A DNA stretch of 63,263 nucleotides, the filler included, from Sphacelaria rigidula (taxonomy: Eukaryota): assembly GCA_964200075.2 (NCBI GenBank). It is 4 parts of 4 records of this genome, joined end to end, with 100 filler letters (N's around TTAATTAATTAA, not from the genome) between each part and the next. Parts side by side here need not be neighbours in the genome. Positions count along the whole stretch, not along the records: positions 1 to 15,743 come from CAXNAA020001614.1; 3 more parts are not named here. The stretch is one strand, 5' to 3'. Numbering within the stretch: position 1 is the first letter of the stretch; the number at the start of each line of letters is the position of its first letter. Below are positions 1-14,700 of this stretch, piece by piece. Under the pieces are notes generated by a model. The model had not been told where the DNA came from. It did not search any database and was given only the letters and a program-made list of their open reading frames with translations. The position numbers and the translations under genes were made by a program.

Positions 1-129
1 GTGAGGAAAGCACTGTTTTAGGCTTGAACCTCATCTCGGAGTTAAACCTCAACTCGCATAATTTGTTGTTCGTGGATGAAAAATTACATTTCTAGACATC
101 GCCTGCATACCATTGAAAAAGAAAAACAC

Positions 130-720
130 TGGATATGTACGAATCGCACGGGTGGTACAGGTCATCATCAGACAGATGTGTACGAATCGCACGGGTCATA
201 CAGGTCATCATCAGACTAGCGCCCACATACAAGCGTACAGTCAACATACGGACTTGTGAACATGCACATTGTACCAGGGCCACACGGGTTGGCAGAAGAG
301 GAATACTGAATACTGTTCATTGTATCTTTATTCGAATGCGCCGACAGTGCACATCTTCAGAAACGATATGCAGCCCCACCGTGGAACCACTTGGAATAAA
401 ATGTACGTACGTCATGTTCAATATGCTCGGGTTTCTACAGCCAACGTCCGGACTTGTGAACTTGCATTGTACCCGGGCCATACCCGTTAACAGGTGAAGG
501 AGCTGAATACTGTTTTCTTGCATATTTGATCCGGATCTTACGGGTGCGGGAAAGGGTTTCTTGTACACTAGATTGGACTCCACAGGTAAGGGGTTTGGTG
601 TGCATGAGATTTGAATCGCACGGATCGACAAGCTACTGCGCTTACCTGACCCGAGTGATATAAATCACAACTATGTGATGTTGTACAGATAACACGGGTC
701 TGCAGGTCAGTTGTACACGA
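130..720. repeat. Degenerate tandem/satellite-like repeats
   Basis: tgtacgaatcgcacgggt..tacaggtcatcatcagac occurs twice; cggacttgtgaac.tgca..ttgtacc.gggcca occurs twice; (c)acgggt recurs. Confidence 0.6.
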
Positions 721-1351
721 AAGTGTGTGTTTGAAGCGGGTCGTACAGCTCGTCGCTCGGCAGACATGTAGGGGTCAAGTGGGTTCTTCGGATCAGCATC
801 GGACAAACGTGGACGGGTGACAGCTCATCTCGGACGAATCATGATCTATGCCCCGAATAAGCTGACCCGGATCTGTGATGAGCTGATCCGTCCGACGTGT
901 GAAGGTCATCACAAGCCTAATGGTCCCGGTCACGTGTTCCTCGGCAAAAATTTCGTCCCCACGTTGTAGTCTCTCAGATTCATTTTAATTGGATGCGCAG
1001 ACAAGGTGTAACGCCAGCGTCATCATGACCGTGAGCACCCCCTTCGCGCGTGAACGTAGGCTCGACGCCATACAGTAGTCATCACTGCATTTGCCTATGC
1101 TATGTATATCGTCGCTGCTGCCTTCCTCTCGCAAGCCAACAACCGCAGGAAGATCAAGTTTCTGCGGAGTGGAGTGCCACGTGTGTCATCACGCCATGAT
1201 ATTTGAAGAAGAGATTTGATGGGCGTCCTTGCGAGCAAGGAGACGGATTGTGTCACGGAAGTGGATACCACAGGCTTAGGTGAACCAGATCCACCGCCGC
1301 CAACGCACAGAATTTCCATTACCCACATCGTGTCATTTCGTAGTCACAGCA

Positions 1352-1760
1352 CCGCCGCGCCCCGGTGGTGTAATGGTCCGACTGTCGCCATCAGGGTGGA
1401 GAGAAAGGGGGTTCGATTCCCGATGCGTTGGGTTTTTTCATCGTCATGTCTGATGTCCACCGTGGGAAGCGTGAGAACGTGGGTAAACAAAGTAGTCGAC
1501 TGGGTTTATGTGGCATGAGTTGACGCGGTGCGGGAGTGCTGACCCAATCCGCGAGACCAAAATGAAAGGCGCGTACCGTTGAATCCTTGAGACGACGGAC
1601 TCATCCCTAGGAAGGGGAAGGGTTTCGAGGATGAGAAAGAAAAAAAAAAGCATCACTCGCCATCCATGACGGTACCAACCGGCTGCTGCGCACGAACACA
1701 AGACCGTACGTGCTCCCTCCTGTTTCGCCATAGCACAAAGATGTGTGGGTGCATTAAACA
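1352..1760 (+). mobile_element. tRNA-derived SINE, family B, copy 1
   Basis: A box TGGTGTAATGG, B box GGTTCGATTCC; body colinear with the minus-strand copy at 50790-51518. 3' end approximate. Confidence 0.75.
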
Positions 1761-3666
1761 GTTCCAGTCAGCTGCATCCTTCAAACGTGAATGCACACAC
1801 ACTTTTGTAGTGCCGTGCTGGGGAAGGCTGCGATGAATTTATCTTCAGGTGCATTCAAGCTACTACCGTTGTGCTTCCCGGTAGCAATGCGCGATATATA
1901 TATTATGTAGGCTCTGATCCTGCCTCCAGTTTTGTAGTATGTTGTCGAACTAAGCATGTCGGGATCGAAGTTATGCCGACACTGTTGTGTACCCAGCAGA
2001 AGCTTCGATATCTGGTTTACCCATCTCCCATTGTCACCCCATCACTAGTATCTCTGCCACAGCCACCATGGCGTAAAGAAGTGAACATTATACAGTACCC
2101 CCTGGTAACCTATTTCAGCCTCTTTGCGAGGAAGAATCGATTCTAGTGACGCCTAAGCTCATGTAAGGTCCATCGTTTATGCCCGTTCTTATCGAAAAAG
2201 TGTTTTAATACAGAAATCCTGAATTCTAGAGAACTCTAAACATCCCACTATTATCGAGTTCTGATGACGGAAACAGTGCTGGTCTCGTCGTTGGCTTGCC
2301 TTCGCCGGCAAAATGAAGGACAGGATGATGCTGCCTGGCCGTTTATGGCGTTGAAAGCTAGGTGAACATCTTGCTCACAACATCTCTGTGAAACGGGGGA
2401 GCAGTCGTAAAGGCAAAGGCGTGATCAACCGGCCCTTCTCGAACGCAACAGCAGCACACACAAAACAAAATGCCCACTGTAAAAACCTCAGTGCAAAGTT
2501 TGCAGCATGCTTCCCGTCAGTTGTATGCGCAGATACGCCCACCACACCACCAGCAAAAGACTTTACAGGCGGTGCGGTAGCGTGCACTCATAGCAGCATA
2601 GCAGGCAAGTAGATCGCTATTGGATTGTTTCTGCTCTTCACTTCGAAAGTGTGCATGTACGCAAACGGCGACCACCACTTGACCCCGATAGCTCGACCAT
2701 CGCGGCCAAGGTACACGCCGTCTAAGGAGATGGACACCGCCAACCCAAGGCTATTTTTACTCTGCGACATAGCCCAGGGTATCACTGGCAAGGTTCCTGA
2801 TTACTCTCGCACGCTTACGAGCGCCACGGCGTGCTCACAGAGCAGCTCTGCGAAGTATTGCGCTGCAGTCCGAAGTGTTCAGACCAGTCCTAACATGAAG
2901 CTTCGGACAGGAATTCACGTCGCTTCATTTCCGGAGAACGCTGAACGCCGGGTTTGAAAACGCCCAAATTTCCTGAAATCTACGGGAAAACGGTGTCGAT
3001 ATCAATGGGCCTTGTCGACGCTGTTTTCGGAGGTCTCGGAAATTTTCCACACTCTGAACAACATGTGATCATTAGTTGCAGTAGGCCTATTTATGACTAT
3101 CGACCATACACCGACCAGGGTGTGAAATTTCGGACTTTTCGGGCTCTATGCTCAGCCTTCTCGGAAACCCAGGAGTTATAACCCTGGCCGAAACCGAAGC
3201 GGTTGGATATATATATATATATATTGGCACAAGTTCGAAAGTTTCCGACTGTAACACAGCACTTCGGACAGCTGCCCAATGTGGTACCTTGCCAGTCCCG
3301 AAAAATTCGGAGATCCCCGAAAAGGCTGTCGATGATAATTGGGATCAGTGAAGCTCCTCTCGTCATAAATGCTTACCAGTGTTGGACATCGTATCGAAAG
3401 CTTTAATTTGTCGCAACGAAGTATCGTTATCGTTATCGTAATCGTATAGATTGCTCTGCTCTGCAATCGCGCTTCCAATTTTCTATTTTCCTTTTCCTTT
3501 GTTAGGCTACCTGTTATACTTGTCATTTATCGAAAAAAATATAACGCACTTGTTGAAAAGTGCTTTTTTTACGCTTCTCCATCGTTTTTGCCCCGAAAAG
3601 AGGGCTCAGCGGATGTTGACACCTGAGACCGTTCCAGAGCACCTTTGCGTTTTCCGTAGGTCACAG

Positions 3667-3877
3667 TGTAGTGCGTGAGAGGACCGGGTGCTTAGAGGAC
3701 CGCACCGTAGCTCGAAACACCTCAGCATCGACGTTTTCCAAAACCAATAGGGCCAGTCCCTGCAGTTACTACGACCCTGAGCCTGACCCCAACCCCAACA
3801 CTGACCCTAACCCCAACCATAGGGATGTTCAACTTCCGACGCGGTCCTCCAAGCACGCGGTCCTCTCACGCATTACA
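3667..3877 (+). mobile_element. MITE with TGTAATGCGTGAGAGGACCG-type TIRs and internal telomere-like (CCCTAA/CCCTGA) hexamers
   Basis: Terminal inverted repeats tgtagtgcgtgagaggaccg / cggtcctctcacgcattaca; further copies at 40897-41262, 45361-45555 and 47235-47395. Confidence 0.8.
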
Positions 3878-4709
3878 ACACTTTCGTTCTTGACCAAAAA
3901 TTAGACAGTACAGTTATGGGTAAGAATTGCAGATTTTCGGTACTATATTCATGAAAAGTGCAAGCTGAACGCTACCTGCGTCAGAAGTGACCGGTAATCC
4001 ATGAATCATATCAACGGAAAATACACGCGTCACCTACAAATGATGATTTGGTCCATAAGAAATGAACGTAATTTCTAGTACATTTATTCAAGCCTGGGAG
4101 TGGTCGGTGTTGAGGTAATTTTTGTTCCTCCGGAAAGCTCGCTCCACATCAGTAGATGAACAATCTTGTTGCACTAGCGAGTGTCCTGCCTCTGTTTGTA
4201 TCAGTCGGGGAGCACATACCCCCGAGCTGCCACCCTACGTTAACCTTCATTGCGAAGATAACAAGACAAGAGCACGAACAGCAGCTGTTGTGGCCGCTAC
4301 ACACCAACGTAACTGCAGTGAAAGGCGTGCCTGACACAGTGCTAGAACGAGAAAGTAAGGAAATTTGGAGATCATGAGTAGCATCGTCGCGCATCCGAAA
4401 ACTATGAGAACGATGCTGATGATGACGATCAAGAGGTTCACGTCGTGCGGATTGGCTACGCGCTGCATGTCCTACACACAGCTATGACTGCGGGACTAGA
4501 GAGTGAATTTTTCATGGGCCCCATGGGGTCGGGTCATGGCATGAGTGTGAGGAATCCCATCTTGTCAGCCGCTTGGGCACGGTCTGGTTCTCTCTGTCGA
4601 AATCAACATCTTCAACGTCAATTTTTCCCAATTCTCAGTATGTACAGTGTACAGTCACTTTGGACATCGTGGCTCTGCGGACGTAGGCACACATGGTGCG
4701 CAGTCTGAA

Positions 4710-5290
4710 ACCAAAATCACTCATCGCACCTTGGCTTCTCCTCTGCAACACAATACATCGAGGGTACTCGCTGTTGAAGGGCGAATTTGCCCTTTGTGCA
4801 CAGTCGTATAGAACGAAGCAGTACCTGGTGGCATGCCACAAAGTGAAATGTCATCCGTCACACACTGCTTGTCGCAAGAAAAAAAGACGCAGCCGAAAAC
4901 GAAGGTTGTCAAAGATCGCATAGTTTGCATCTCATTCGAATACTACCAATAGTATATACAGAACGTTACTAAATACATGACCGCGGTCGCCAGCAGATGT
5001 AACGTACATACTCGTGCTAAAATCGCTCTCGACGCCTTGGCTTCTGCACTGGAGCCCTGACATGAAGCAGCCGCCAGCTTTGTATTTCTTCTTTTAACTC
5101 TCCCTCTGTAGTTCGACACTTCAAAGGAAACTCGCCGTTGAAAGGTGAAATTGCCCTTTGTGCACAGCCGCACAGAACAAAGCAGCGCCTGGGGGCACTC
5201 AACCAAAGGGCATGTCGTCACAACTTGCTTGCGGCAGGGAAAGAAATATGCGAACCACTTTTTTTTTAATTTGCCATCTTCGACCTCGAA
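4710..5290. repeat. Diverged tandem duplication
   Basis: actcgctgttgaagggcgaatttgccctttgtgcacag (about 4766) versus actcgccgttgaaaggtgaaattgccctttgtgcacag (about 5130), with flanking similarity. Confidence 0.65.
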
Positions 5291-5598
5291 AGACGCTACT
5301 GATCCTCAACCCAAAAGTGCCAATCGCGCAACGCTTACAACTCGACACCGAAGCGGGGGATTGGACTGCGGTTTCTTGCGCGCGCTTCCCACACACCCAA
5401 GCTACGTTGTCTAGTTTGGTTTTCGCGTTTGAGCGTGATGCTGACTCGCAAATAACCCAAATGTACTAAAATAAGGTGTTTTCCGCTCTGGGGGGGGATT
5501 TTCGGGCCGCTGACGCGACGACAGCAAAACATCAAACTAGGTCCCTTTGATATTTTGTGTGTGCGGGGGGCTGTCAAGTGCCGTGGACCGTACGCACG

Positions 5599-5810
5599 AA
5601 TGTACGTGGCTGGGGGTGGGTCTGAATCAACCGGCGCCGATGCTGCTGCTGCTGCTGCTGCTGCTGCTACTCTTGGTCGTAGACAGTCCGCGTTTCGACC
5701 GTGCGACAACACCCACGCACCTTGCGAGTGATAGCCACCGTGCTGGACAGCGCTGACACACACACAAATCGGCACCGGCTGATTTAGACCCACCCCCAGC
5801 CGCGTACATT
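5599..5810. repeat. About 43-bp inverted repeat enclosing a (CTG)n microsatellite
   Basis: aatgtacgtggctgggggtgggtctgaatcaaccggcgccgat versus atcggcaccggctgatttagacccacccccagccgcgtacatt. Confidence 0.75.
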
Positions 5811-8121
5811 TACCGACAGAAAAGATGCTGCTGATACTTCTGCTGTTGCTTCTTCTCCTTTTCGTGCGGAACGCGGTCCGCGTTTCGATCTGCGACAATA
5901 CCAATACCCCCTTGCGCGTGATTGCCGCCCTCCTTGAAGTCGCTGGTCTGTTCGCGTGCTGTTTTACCGTTTCTGTATCACTTGTTTCCCACCCTAGCAT
6001 ACTCGGTTAGAACGGCGCGTGATTTCTCGTGATGCTACAGAAATGCTGTGTTGTCTTGTGTTGAGTGTAGTACTCTGTACTCCATACACCACTGCAGGAT
6101 TGTCTTGTGTTGAGTGTAGTACCCTGTACTTCATATAATGGGGTCATGGTTTGAGCAGTTTTTCAAAAAATTTGGTTCGTTTTTCAAGAAGTTCGGCTTG
6201 TTTTTCAAAACGTCCTCCTCGTTTTTTTCAAGTATTCCGGAAAAAACGACTGTGTTTTCTGCCGCAGAAATCTAATGCCGAATTCGGGATAGCCTGAGAC
6301 AACAATCAATTTGAAAATTGGAACTATCTTGTGATCACGGCTGAGTCCCCCGGGAATCACTCGATGTTCGACAATAAATCATTCAATTGAAAACAGTTCG
6401 ATGCAACGATGGCGAGAGTGATGATGATAACGATAACGGAAACGATAAATTCATGCGACTCCATTCGACACCGACAACAAGAATGCTGTGTATTTTACTG
6501 AAGGGTGGGGTGTTATCCAGCATAAGGCTGATAATGCACTGTGAGATGCTTCGATCAGCTCTGGCTATGAACTTTTCTCGAATCTACTGGTGGTTATGCT
6601 CGTTTTCTTGTGTGTAGTTTTGCTCTCCCTTCTATGCGCAGAATGTGTATGACCCTACCTAGAGATTGCCGTTCTTTTCAAACCCGGGCAGGTTTTGTCG
6701 TGGGCTTGCAGGCCTTGATCAGGCTTTTTTGGTGAGGACTAAAGCCAAATGACCCATTTTGTTTGCCTCCAGCAGCGCCTCCCGCGGGACCATCTCGCCA
6801 GTCGGGGGGGATGTTTAGGGCTCGCACAGCGAGCGGAGTCGGCTTCACTGGAATGAAAAAAAATTCTACCGATACTAAACCCTGAGAGTGCGGTCGTATC
6901 GATTTGAGCAGAGGTTCGATATCCAAGAACATCCACATTCGGGGCGTTTTCCTGGCGCATTCTCATCGACAGACACTACGCTGAAAAACCCATTACCGCG
7001 AGATAGTTTGTATATGTATTTCAGCGGCTCTTCCGAGGGCACTTCCGGTAGCTTTCGGAAAATAGCATCAACCTCGTCACGGACAACCCATCATCCGCGG
7101 GTCGAACGAATGAGGATTCGCCTGAAGACTACTTGCTTTTAGTGCAATCGATCCGTACCGTGTGGATCAATCGTTGGGCTTTGTTTTCAGCGTTGAACCC
7201 CAGGTAAGCGCACACAAGGCATGCGGAATAGCGGAAAGTTGCGTTAAGGATGATGTGACGCGCGGTCAATAATTCTTCTTTTTCGAGCACTCAGGCCCCA
7301 CACATCGTAGATTCGGTTATTTCAAGCAGCGGTGGTTCATCCGTCCCTTGAACCCATTCATACAATCTTCACAATGTACTGGTTATCGAACCACGGCCTG
7401 AATAATCATGACCGCGGTAAATAAAGCCTGGACAGGGCTACAGGCATCTATGTAGAGTAAGTGAGCAGGATTCTCAGCAGAAGTGGGTAAAGAGCACCTG
7501 TCCGTAACGTGTCAATTCTGCTTTTGTGTGGTCCCCGTATTTCCTTCGCTGCCGCCTCCTCTGCGCTACACGATTATTTGAACCCTCCTTCAACGATGTT
7601 CGTGTCTCGCTCATACTGTACAGAGATGGTATATATGAATTCTTGTTCCGGCAGTGTAGTTCACGGCTAGTTGAATCGCAACCTGTTATAACAACCTTGT
7701 TCACGTGTGTTTTTGCGCTGTTTCCATAGTCTTCTCATCAGAATCCATGCGGCGGGGCCTGTCTGAGCTCACGATACTAGATGTCAGCCTGGCGCTTTCG
7801 TTTGTTCTGTTCTCAATTTTTCTTCCAGTCTATTTTTTTTTCTCGCTCTCACTCACTGTGGTTGATCTCCCCTCTCTGCAATACATTTCCCCTTCCTCGA
7901 GCTTTCTTGGCGTCCTTCCATTCATTAACCTTGGGCACACACTGCGGCCGCGGCAGGGTTTGCACGGGACCGGCGGTTATTGTGCGCCGATCAATCAAGA
8001 AAGTCAATCAAACTCGATTAAATACTTCTACTTATACAGGATAAATCCATCTCCGATACAGGGGCGTTCGCCATGCACCGTGCTGGACGATAAACCACGA
8101 TGAAAAATCCCCCGGCAATGG

Positions 8122-11100
8122 TCATGCTCCAGCAAGGATACCCCCAATTTCATCGGTACCGATGAGCTGTATCCTCGCGTTGGCCTCTCCCCTCGCTCTG
8201 TGCTCCTCGGTGTTGAATCCCCAGCTGCACAGGTACAATCGGACGTTATCCTGGAGTGCACAATCACAAGCGGTACGTCATGGTCATCTAGGTGAAGCGG
8301 GGGGGATAGGCAACAAGAGATCATTACTAACGTACATGCCGGAGGTTTACCCTTCAAAAACATCGCTTTTGGGGCTTCCGAGTAGTGATGACAGTTTGTG
8401 TGCGTCGGGAGGGATAGTCCCTTCAAACAACCCAAGCATTTCAAGTTGCAAGCGATGCAGAGCTCTGCAAGATATTGAAGGCTGTGCAGTTGACCATAAT
8501 ACACCAGTATCATGAAAAGGGGCGGGGAAGAAGTACCACCGCATGATGCAGTTGAATATCGAAAAGACGACGTCCCGAGACATGGCTCGCGCAGTGAGAA
8601 CAATCACAGGTAGCATATCCTGACAGCGGAATGGGAAGGCAACCAAGTCAGGGCGGAGTGCGTGAGATGTACGCCTCGGGGTACGCGTATAGTCTGCCTT
8701 TGAAAAACGCAACACGCATACGAGAGTGTGCAAAAACATGTCCAGATCATGGACCAGGACAAGCACCGGTCGTAATCAGGCTCACCGCCTCAAGCGTGCT
8801 CGACAGAGACATACCACAGCAACGCGGGGACACCAAAAGCATCAATTGGCGGTATACTTCGTCTTATTCAGAGAAAGTATGCCGTTACTCTTGTCTGAAA
8901 CATACACGAACGTGGTAATGTCACCTATGTCACTGGGTGTTGAAGCGACTGTCAGTTGATTGCCAAGAAGGCAGTATGTTCGAGTTGACACATATCGATT
9001 TCAATACATGGCACTCGAAATTGAGTTCAACATTTGAGTGTGAAGAATGCCAACAACCCCGTAAATAAATAATAAATAATCCCCGCCCTGCACTGTTCCA
9101 TAGCGACCAAACATTTGCCAAACGAAACACGGCTACGACGTGATTACATACAATAGGTAGAACATTCTTCGCCGGAGAACACACCGCGAGATCGTTGAGG
9201 CATCCAGCACACACCTGTAGTCTGGAGTCGGCGCACACCGCTTCCAACGTCTCCACGCGGTCCTCGAAAAAATGAATCGTTTGTCCGCTTTTGTTATAAA
9301 ATTGTTCCGAGGGATGACCGAGGGTGTGCGATACGAAAATAAGAACAGAGGGGAATGCAGCCGATTCGTGAGACTGTGGCGAGCGATTCTTCTTCAAGCA
9401 AGATCATCAAGAAAGTAAAGCACCAAGGACAGTCGTGCCACCAGCAATGGCCTGAGTCATTTGGAACAATATCGCCAATCGATATCGAAATCGACGAGAC
9501 GTTTTGTGCCATCGTGAAAGACCGAAGGTGGATTTGCAACGCACCGCAGACTACTGTTACCAGTAAACAGTGACCATTTTACAAGGCGTCAAGCGCCGTA
9601 CCTGTGTTTCGCCTTCAGCTCAGAGAGTACGTCCACTTTCGGACCTGACCCCAACCCGTATATCCGTTCCACCGGAATCTTGAGACCTGGAAAATTCTCG
9701 AAAAAAATGCGGACGGGAGACAGTGTGAGTATTCAGGAAAAGGTAAAACAGCAAACAGGAAGCGAAGCCATGTAGCGTACTGTAGGTTTGACCATATACG
9801 CGCAGACATTCAAAGCTTGTATCGGAACACTTTTACAACACGCCCCACCCTGTGTTTCCCTCACAATGGCATATTGGTTTCTCGTACAAGTGAGTTTCGA
9901 GTTCTCGGGTTCACGATGTTGGCCATAAAATAGAGAGGAACATAAGTGGTCACACACGTCAGCGTCGAACGGACGAGGGACACGTGCCAACGACGCAAAA
10001 ACTCAGCACATTACTACTACGTAACTAGAGCAGTTCTTCATAAAAAAGCGTACATTAGATGTCCTCACCGGCGTGCTCGAGCAAAGCGCTGGCAAAGCGC
10101 TGTTGCTTAGTGGTGACCACATACACTTCACCCTTGCACGCCGACACGGCCTCGTTCACACCCTGACATGCCACACGTGGAATTGAGTTATAAGACATAA
10201 ATGGGCATGGAGTGGGAGGAAAGTTTGCACCTGTCGTGTGAGACTGATGCCATGCGCTCCGTGAAATACAAGATACACGAATGTCCGGAATGAGAACCTT
10301 TAGACTATTTTGTGTGGTTTTCCGAATACTAGCGAAGGTGCCCATATTTGGGAATGGTCACGAGCTCCACTGCTCGGTTACTATTGGTGAAGGTTGCTGA
10401 TTAAGCTGGCATATGCCGTGGCAGCTGCTGCTTCATGGACTACGGTGGATGCACTGTTGTCACGGAAGTGCGCGAACGAATACTCGTACCTCACGGCTCC
10501 AACTCGTATAAATGCTAACGAACGAAGTGAAGTAGCCACACGACTAGATCTTCAGAAATAAAATGCCCCGGCTACGTGTGTACATAACAAGGCTCACGTC
10601 GTAGTAGCTATTGGCGCCTAGCCAGCCCCCGAAGTCGTTCTTGATCCAATCATCCCTCGCTTCACCGAAAATCTCCACCAGCTTCTCCTTGGATACGCCG
10701 TATCGCTTTATCAATTCGTCTCGAGCGGCGGCCCCCCTGTGAGACACGAAAAAGACAAGTCAATATAGACGAGTCAAACAAAGCCCTTTCGGAGAACAAG
10801 GAGAATCCCGGGCAGTAATACTGCGTGCACTCGAAATTGTACCAATCTTCATCTTCTCAGAGCCCACATGAAGAAAAAAATATGTACGCGAGAGAAGGAA
10901 CAAAGAACACTTGATAGCTGCTGCGAAATTGGTGTTCCTGGGTTGTGCTGGCACCCTGCTGAGACCTCCGACGTGGGCACCGTGTCAATGGATCGACAGA
11001 TCAAACCGAATGCCTGTAAGAGACGGTGCGGACACATAGCACGATGACAAGAACAACGACACTGCCCATTTGGTATTATCGGAGATATGATAGGAAATAG

Positions 11101-11687
11101 GCACACTTGTATGGTACGGCTCGACATGATTGATGTGTTCCTTGACAGATAGGACATTGCAACTCTTGTATTGAACAAGAATGCAGTAGATCTTGATGTC
11201 TCATACGTGAATCGCCACCTCCTACTATGGACGCCTGTGAAATATAACACTCACGTCTCAGCTCACACCACAACACTGCCATCGTTAATTCTCTGCAAGA
11301 CTTTCGACGCTCGATAAAAATGTGTACGTTATTGCCCCTTCGCGTATATCCTCCCCCACAATTGTCTCAAAATTCGTCATCTATAGCACAGAATGCGGAC
11401 AGATACATCTCCAATAGCTCCACAAATCGATTGGTAGCCATGTGTATTCAAATCGAAGCAACAGGAAAAGTCGTTCTCGACAAAGAGTCGCAACATACTA
11501 CCATCGAGCAAAAATACAATCCCAGAAAGGTGAGGAACGAACGCAGAAAACGCTTACCATGTGTCCAGGAGGTTGGATGCTGAACCACCCTTGTCCTTCA
11601 CCCTCTGCTAGGTATTCGTGCATTCACCCACGCAATTTCCACACCCGACGATGCCGGTTACCACATGACGAGCGAAACGTACACATA

Positions 11688-11744
<57 letters not shown>

Positions 11745-14700
11745 GTAGAGTGAGCACAACCAGGTGAGCTCACGCGAGTCAGAGTAGCAGCAGCGGCGGC
11801 ATTGCGTTCCGATCACTGTAGCGCCCGTTCGGTATGCGCGTTCTTCATTACTTGTGGAACTTTTAGCGCTTCTTGTATCAATTACTTAGCTGACAAGCGA
11901 TCCAGGGAAGTACTTCAATAATAGGCGAACTTTTGAATTTTGAAGCCGCGAAACACGGTTGGAACAGCAGACTGGAGGGAACGCATCATATGTCAACGGC
12001 AGCATGCCCGTACACCATACCGGTCAACCACGAGCCTCCCACAGGAGCCTCCCACAGGGACCTTAACAAACGAGCACCTCTTCATAAGAAGATACAAGTT
12101 TACGTGCATCCTCACAAGCGCAAAACGGCCCACCAAATGTAACAGACTGACTAGATACTACCATCGTCGGCGAGACGAATGACAACGGAATCAAAAGCAC
12201 CTGCTCAAGAAACAAAATTGTTCCAAGAGTTTGCGCACCTCTTCTATGAGGAACCGGGTCAGCAGGATGTTCTCGTAGCCGGTCTCCACGACAGGCCTGA
12301 GGTCTCTCATCTTGTCAAGTAACCTGCAGAACAAGGACGATCGCCACGACAAAAAAAGGCGTCACAACAAACAGTCGTCCTGGCGACGCTGTGACCCCTC
12401 GACAGCTGGTGGGTCCATTTTCTTCATGGCCAACAACGTTGCGTTTTCATCATATTTCTGAAAATAACTACGGCAGTACATCAGAAAGAACAAATATAGA
12501 GATGTTGAACCCGCATGGAGAGATCGCCGATGAAGGCATCTCCAAATTCATCCTAACAAGTTAGACCACAAGAAGGTACACACCAGCGTTCAGGACAAAT
12601 ACTGTCCGGGTCATGGTTCAAGATCGAGATCAAATTCACTTTTCATCGCCGGAAGTGTTGCTCTTCCGCTGCCCACTGCATATTCACGACCGAAAAACAA
12701 ACAGGGAATTTCCGCGCCGCTGCCGTTCCCCAGTGATCAAAGGGCGCGTCAACATTACTTTGGCTGGATTTTGTGCTCTCGAAATCCAACGGTGCGGTCT
12801 TCCCCTGGTTTCCTCCCCCCCAAAACGTAGTGGGAATGAGGTTGATAAAAGGCTACGAGCTACGCGAGTGCTGATCCAGCGATCCACAACAAGAGTGCAA
12901 GGCAGGCACCAGCGAAAAGATGGGCTGATATCATCAAGCTACGCACTCGTCCCGAGATAGGGGGGGTGATGAATACGATTTGAAAAAAAATGTCTTCAAG
13001 CGAACAACGATTGCCTACCATTGCGGTGCTTCTTCCGCGCCTTCCCCAGCATCTCCCAAGCTTGCCGCCACTTCCGGCCAGATGCTCTTGAGTGCCCGGA
13101 AGCCCGACCTACTGCTCTCGCCAACGCTGTTGCAGATGACACCTTTTGGTTGGAGGGAGAGAGGCACTGTACACTTAAGAAGGCCATTCGGTGGAGAACA
13201 GCACAACGGTTTCGTGAGCAATCGAAAATCACTCCCACCCATCAACCAAGAACACTTGAACAATCACCGCGTTGCAAATTGTCGCCCATACCCATGCCGC
13301 AGCAGAAGGCACGTTATCAGCGTATCAGAGGAGTAAACAAATACACATCACATCTGCCGTTTGAAAAGCAAGAAGCAGTTTACATGTCGCAGCTTCGTGT
13401 TGGACAACGACATACGGACGATAGCCTGCAACAGCATCGCATTCATTATTTGAAAAGTCGCGTTGTCGGGGCAAAAACTTTTACCGTTGGGCATTCACAA
13501 TGGTTAGATGCTGTACTTCGAGAAATGGGGTACGATTACACACAACGGTATATGTGTATGGAACACGAAGCAGTAGAACCCGAATATAATGACTACACAG
13601 CGAAACAGACTTGAAAGACCTTCGAGCGGTTCGTCTGCGACCATTCCTCTGCAGGTGAAACCCGAAAGATGTGGGAAAGACGCACAGCGAGAATCCATCA
13701 TCATATTCCACAATTATTGGTCCCGATAAACTTTTCGTAAACCCAAGTCCATACTCTCAGGTATACACATATTATACATTCACATACTACGACGACGGTG
13801 TGCGGAGCTGCTGCGCATCTACCCTGCACGGACGTTCGGGCTTTATCTTAAAAAGACGTTTGCGGGCGGAACAATTTTGCATATTGTGCGCATACACGCC
13901 AAATCCATCTCAAAACCTAGTACGCGTAGGTAGGGTGACTACTTGTGTGCCCTTCGTGAGTTCCAAACAGCGAGATGTTGGCGGGCCAACACACGTGTTA
14001 GCGTTGCACTGCTTCGTGTCAGCGGTACACAAAAACCACATGCGAGGGCGATCAGAAAATAGTCGAGCATGAACGGTCTCCCCGGTGGCTCAGTTGGTAA
14101 CCGCGAAACCTTCTGACGGGTTGGATCGTGGGTTCGAATCTCGGTGGAGTCACATAATGGGCTTTTTCTCACATATTACCCAACAGTGCAGAGCGACTAT
14201 GTCGTGGGTACACAAAAATTCGACTTCACGGTCGACGAGGGAAAGGGATTACCGAACCTCTCTCGCGATAAAAAAGTAAGGCAAGCACCGCAGAAGGAAG
14301 TTGGAGTACTAAAACAAGAGAAAAGAAAAAGCTTTGTGTTGGCCTTCCTCCTGTGTGACCCCGGCTGATGCTCCCACATATCGGAAAGGTGTAAATTGGA
14401 TCCCAAGTGAGAAGCGATGACAACACACACACAGCAACAGCATGAACGTATCAACCGTACTTTTAGGTCGAGATTATCCATTAATGGTGCAAGTGGCAGC
14501 GGTCGTGAATGTCATGAGATGGACTGAAATGGTGTACTGTCCAGAGGGCAAAGCAGAGCGTGCGCGCACGCCGGGGTGCTTATTGGATTACAGCACCCGA
14601 AGTTGGTGGTGATCGTTTCGAATTGGGTCATGATATTCCGGAACGTTCTTCGCTCTTCGTGATTCGCCCGGCTTGTATCACGTGTGCTGGAGAAAACAAC

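Noticed and set aside
130-720. CRISPR-like array
   Set aside because: Repeats are irregular with no constant repeat/unique spacer pattern, the context is eukaryotic, and there are no cas genes.
11442-11753. Poly-Q protein ORF (also poly-L/A/S ORFs at 5335-6010 and 16595-16939)
   Set aside because: These arise from microsatellites inside introns or repeats.
14075-14150. tRNA gene (also 1352-1425, 61185-61259, 51435-51518)
   Set aside because: A and B boxes are present but I could not fold a proper cloverleaf, and each continues into a shared SINE body.
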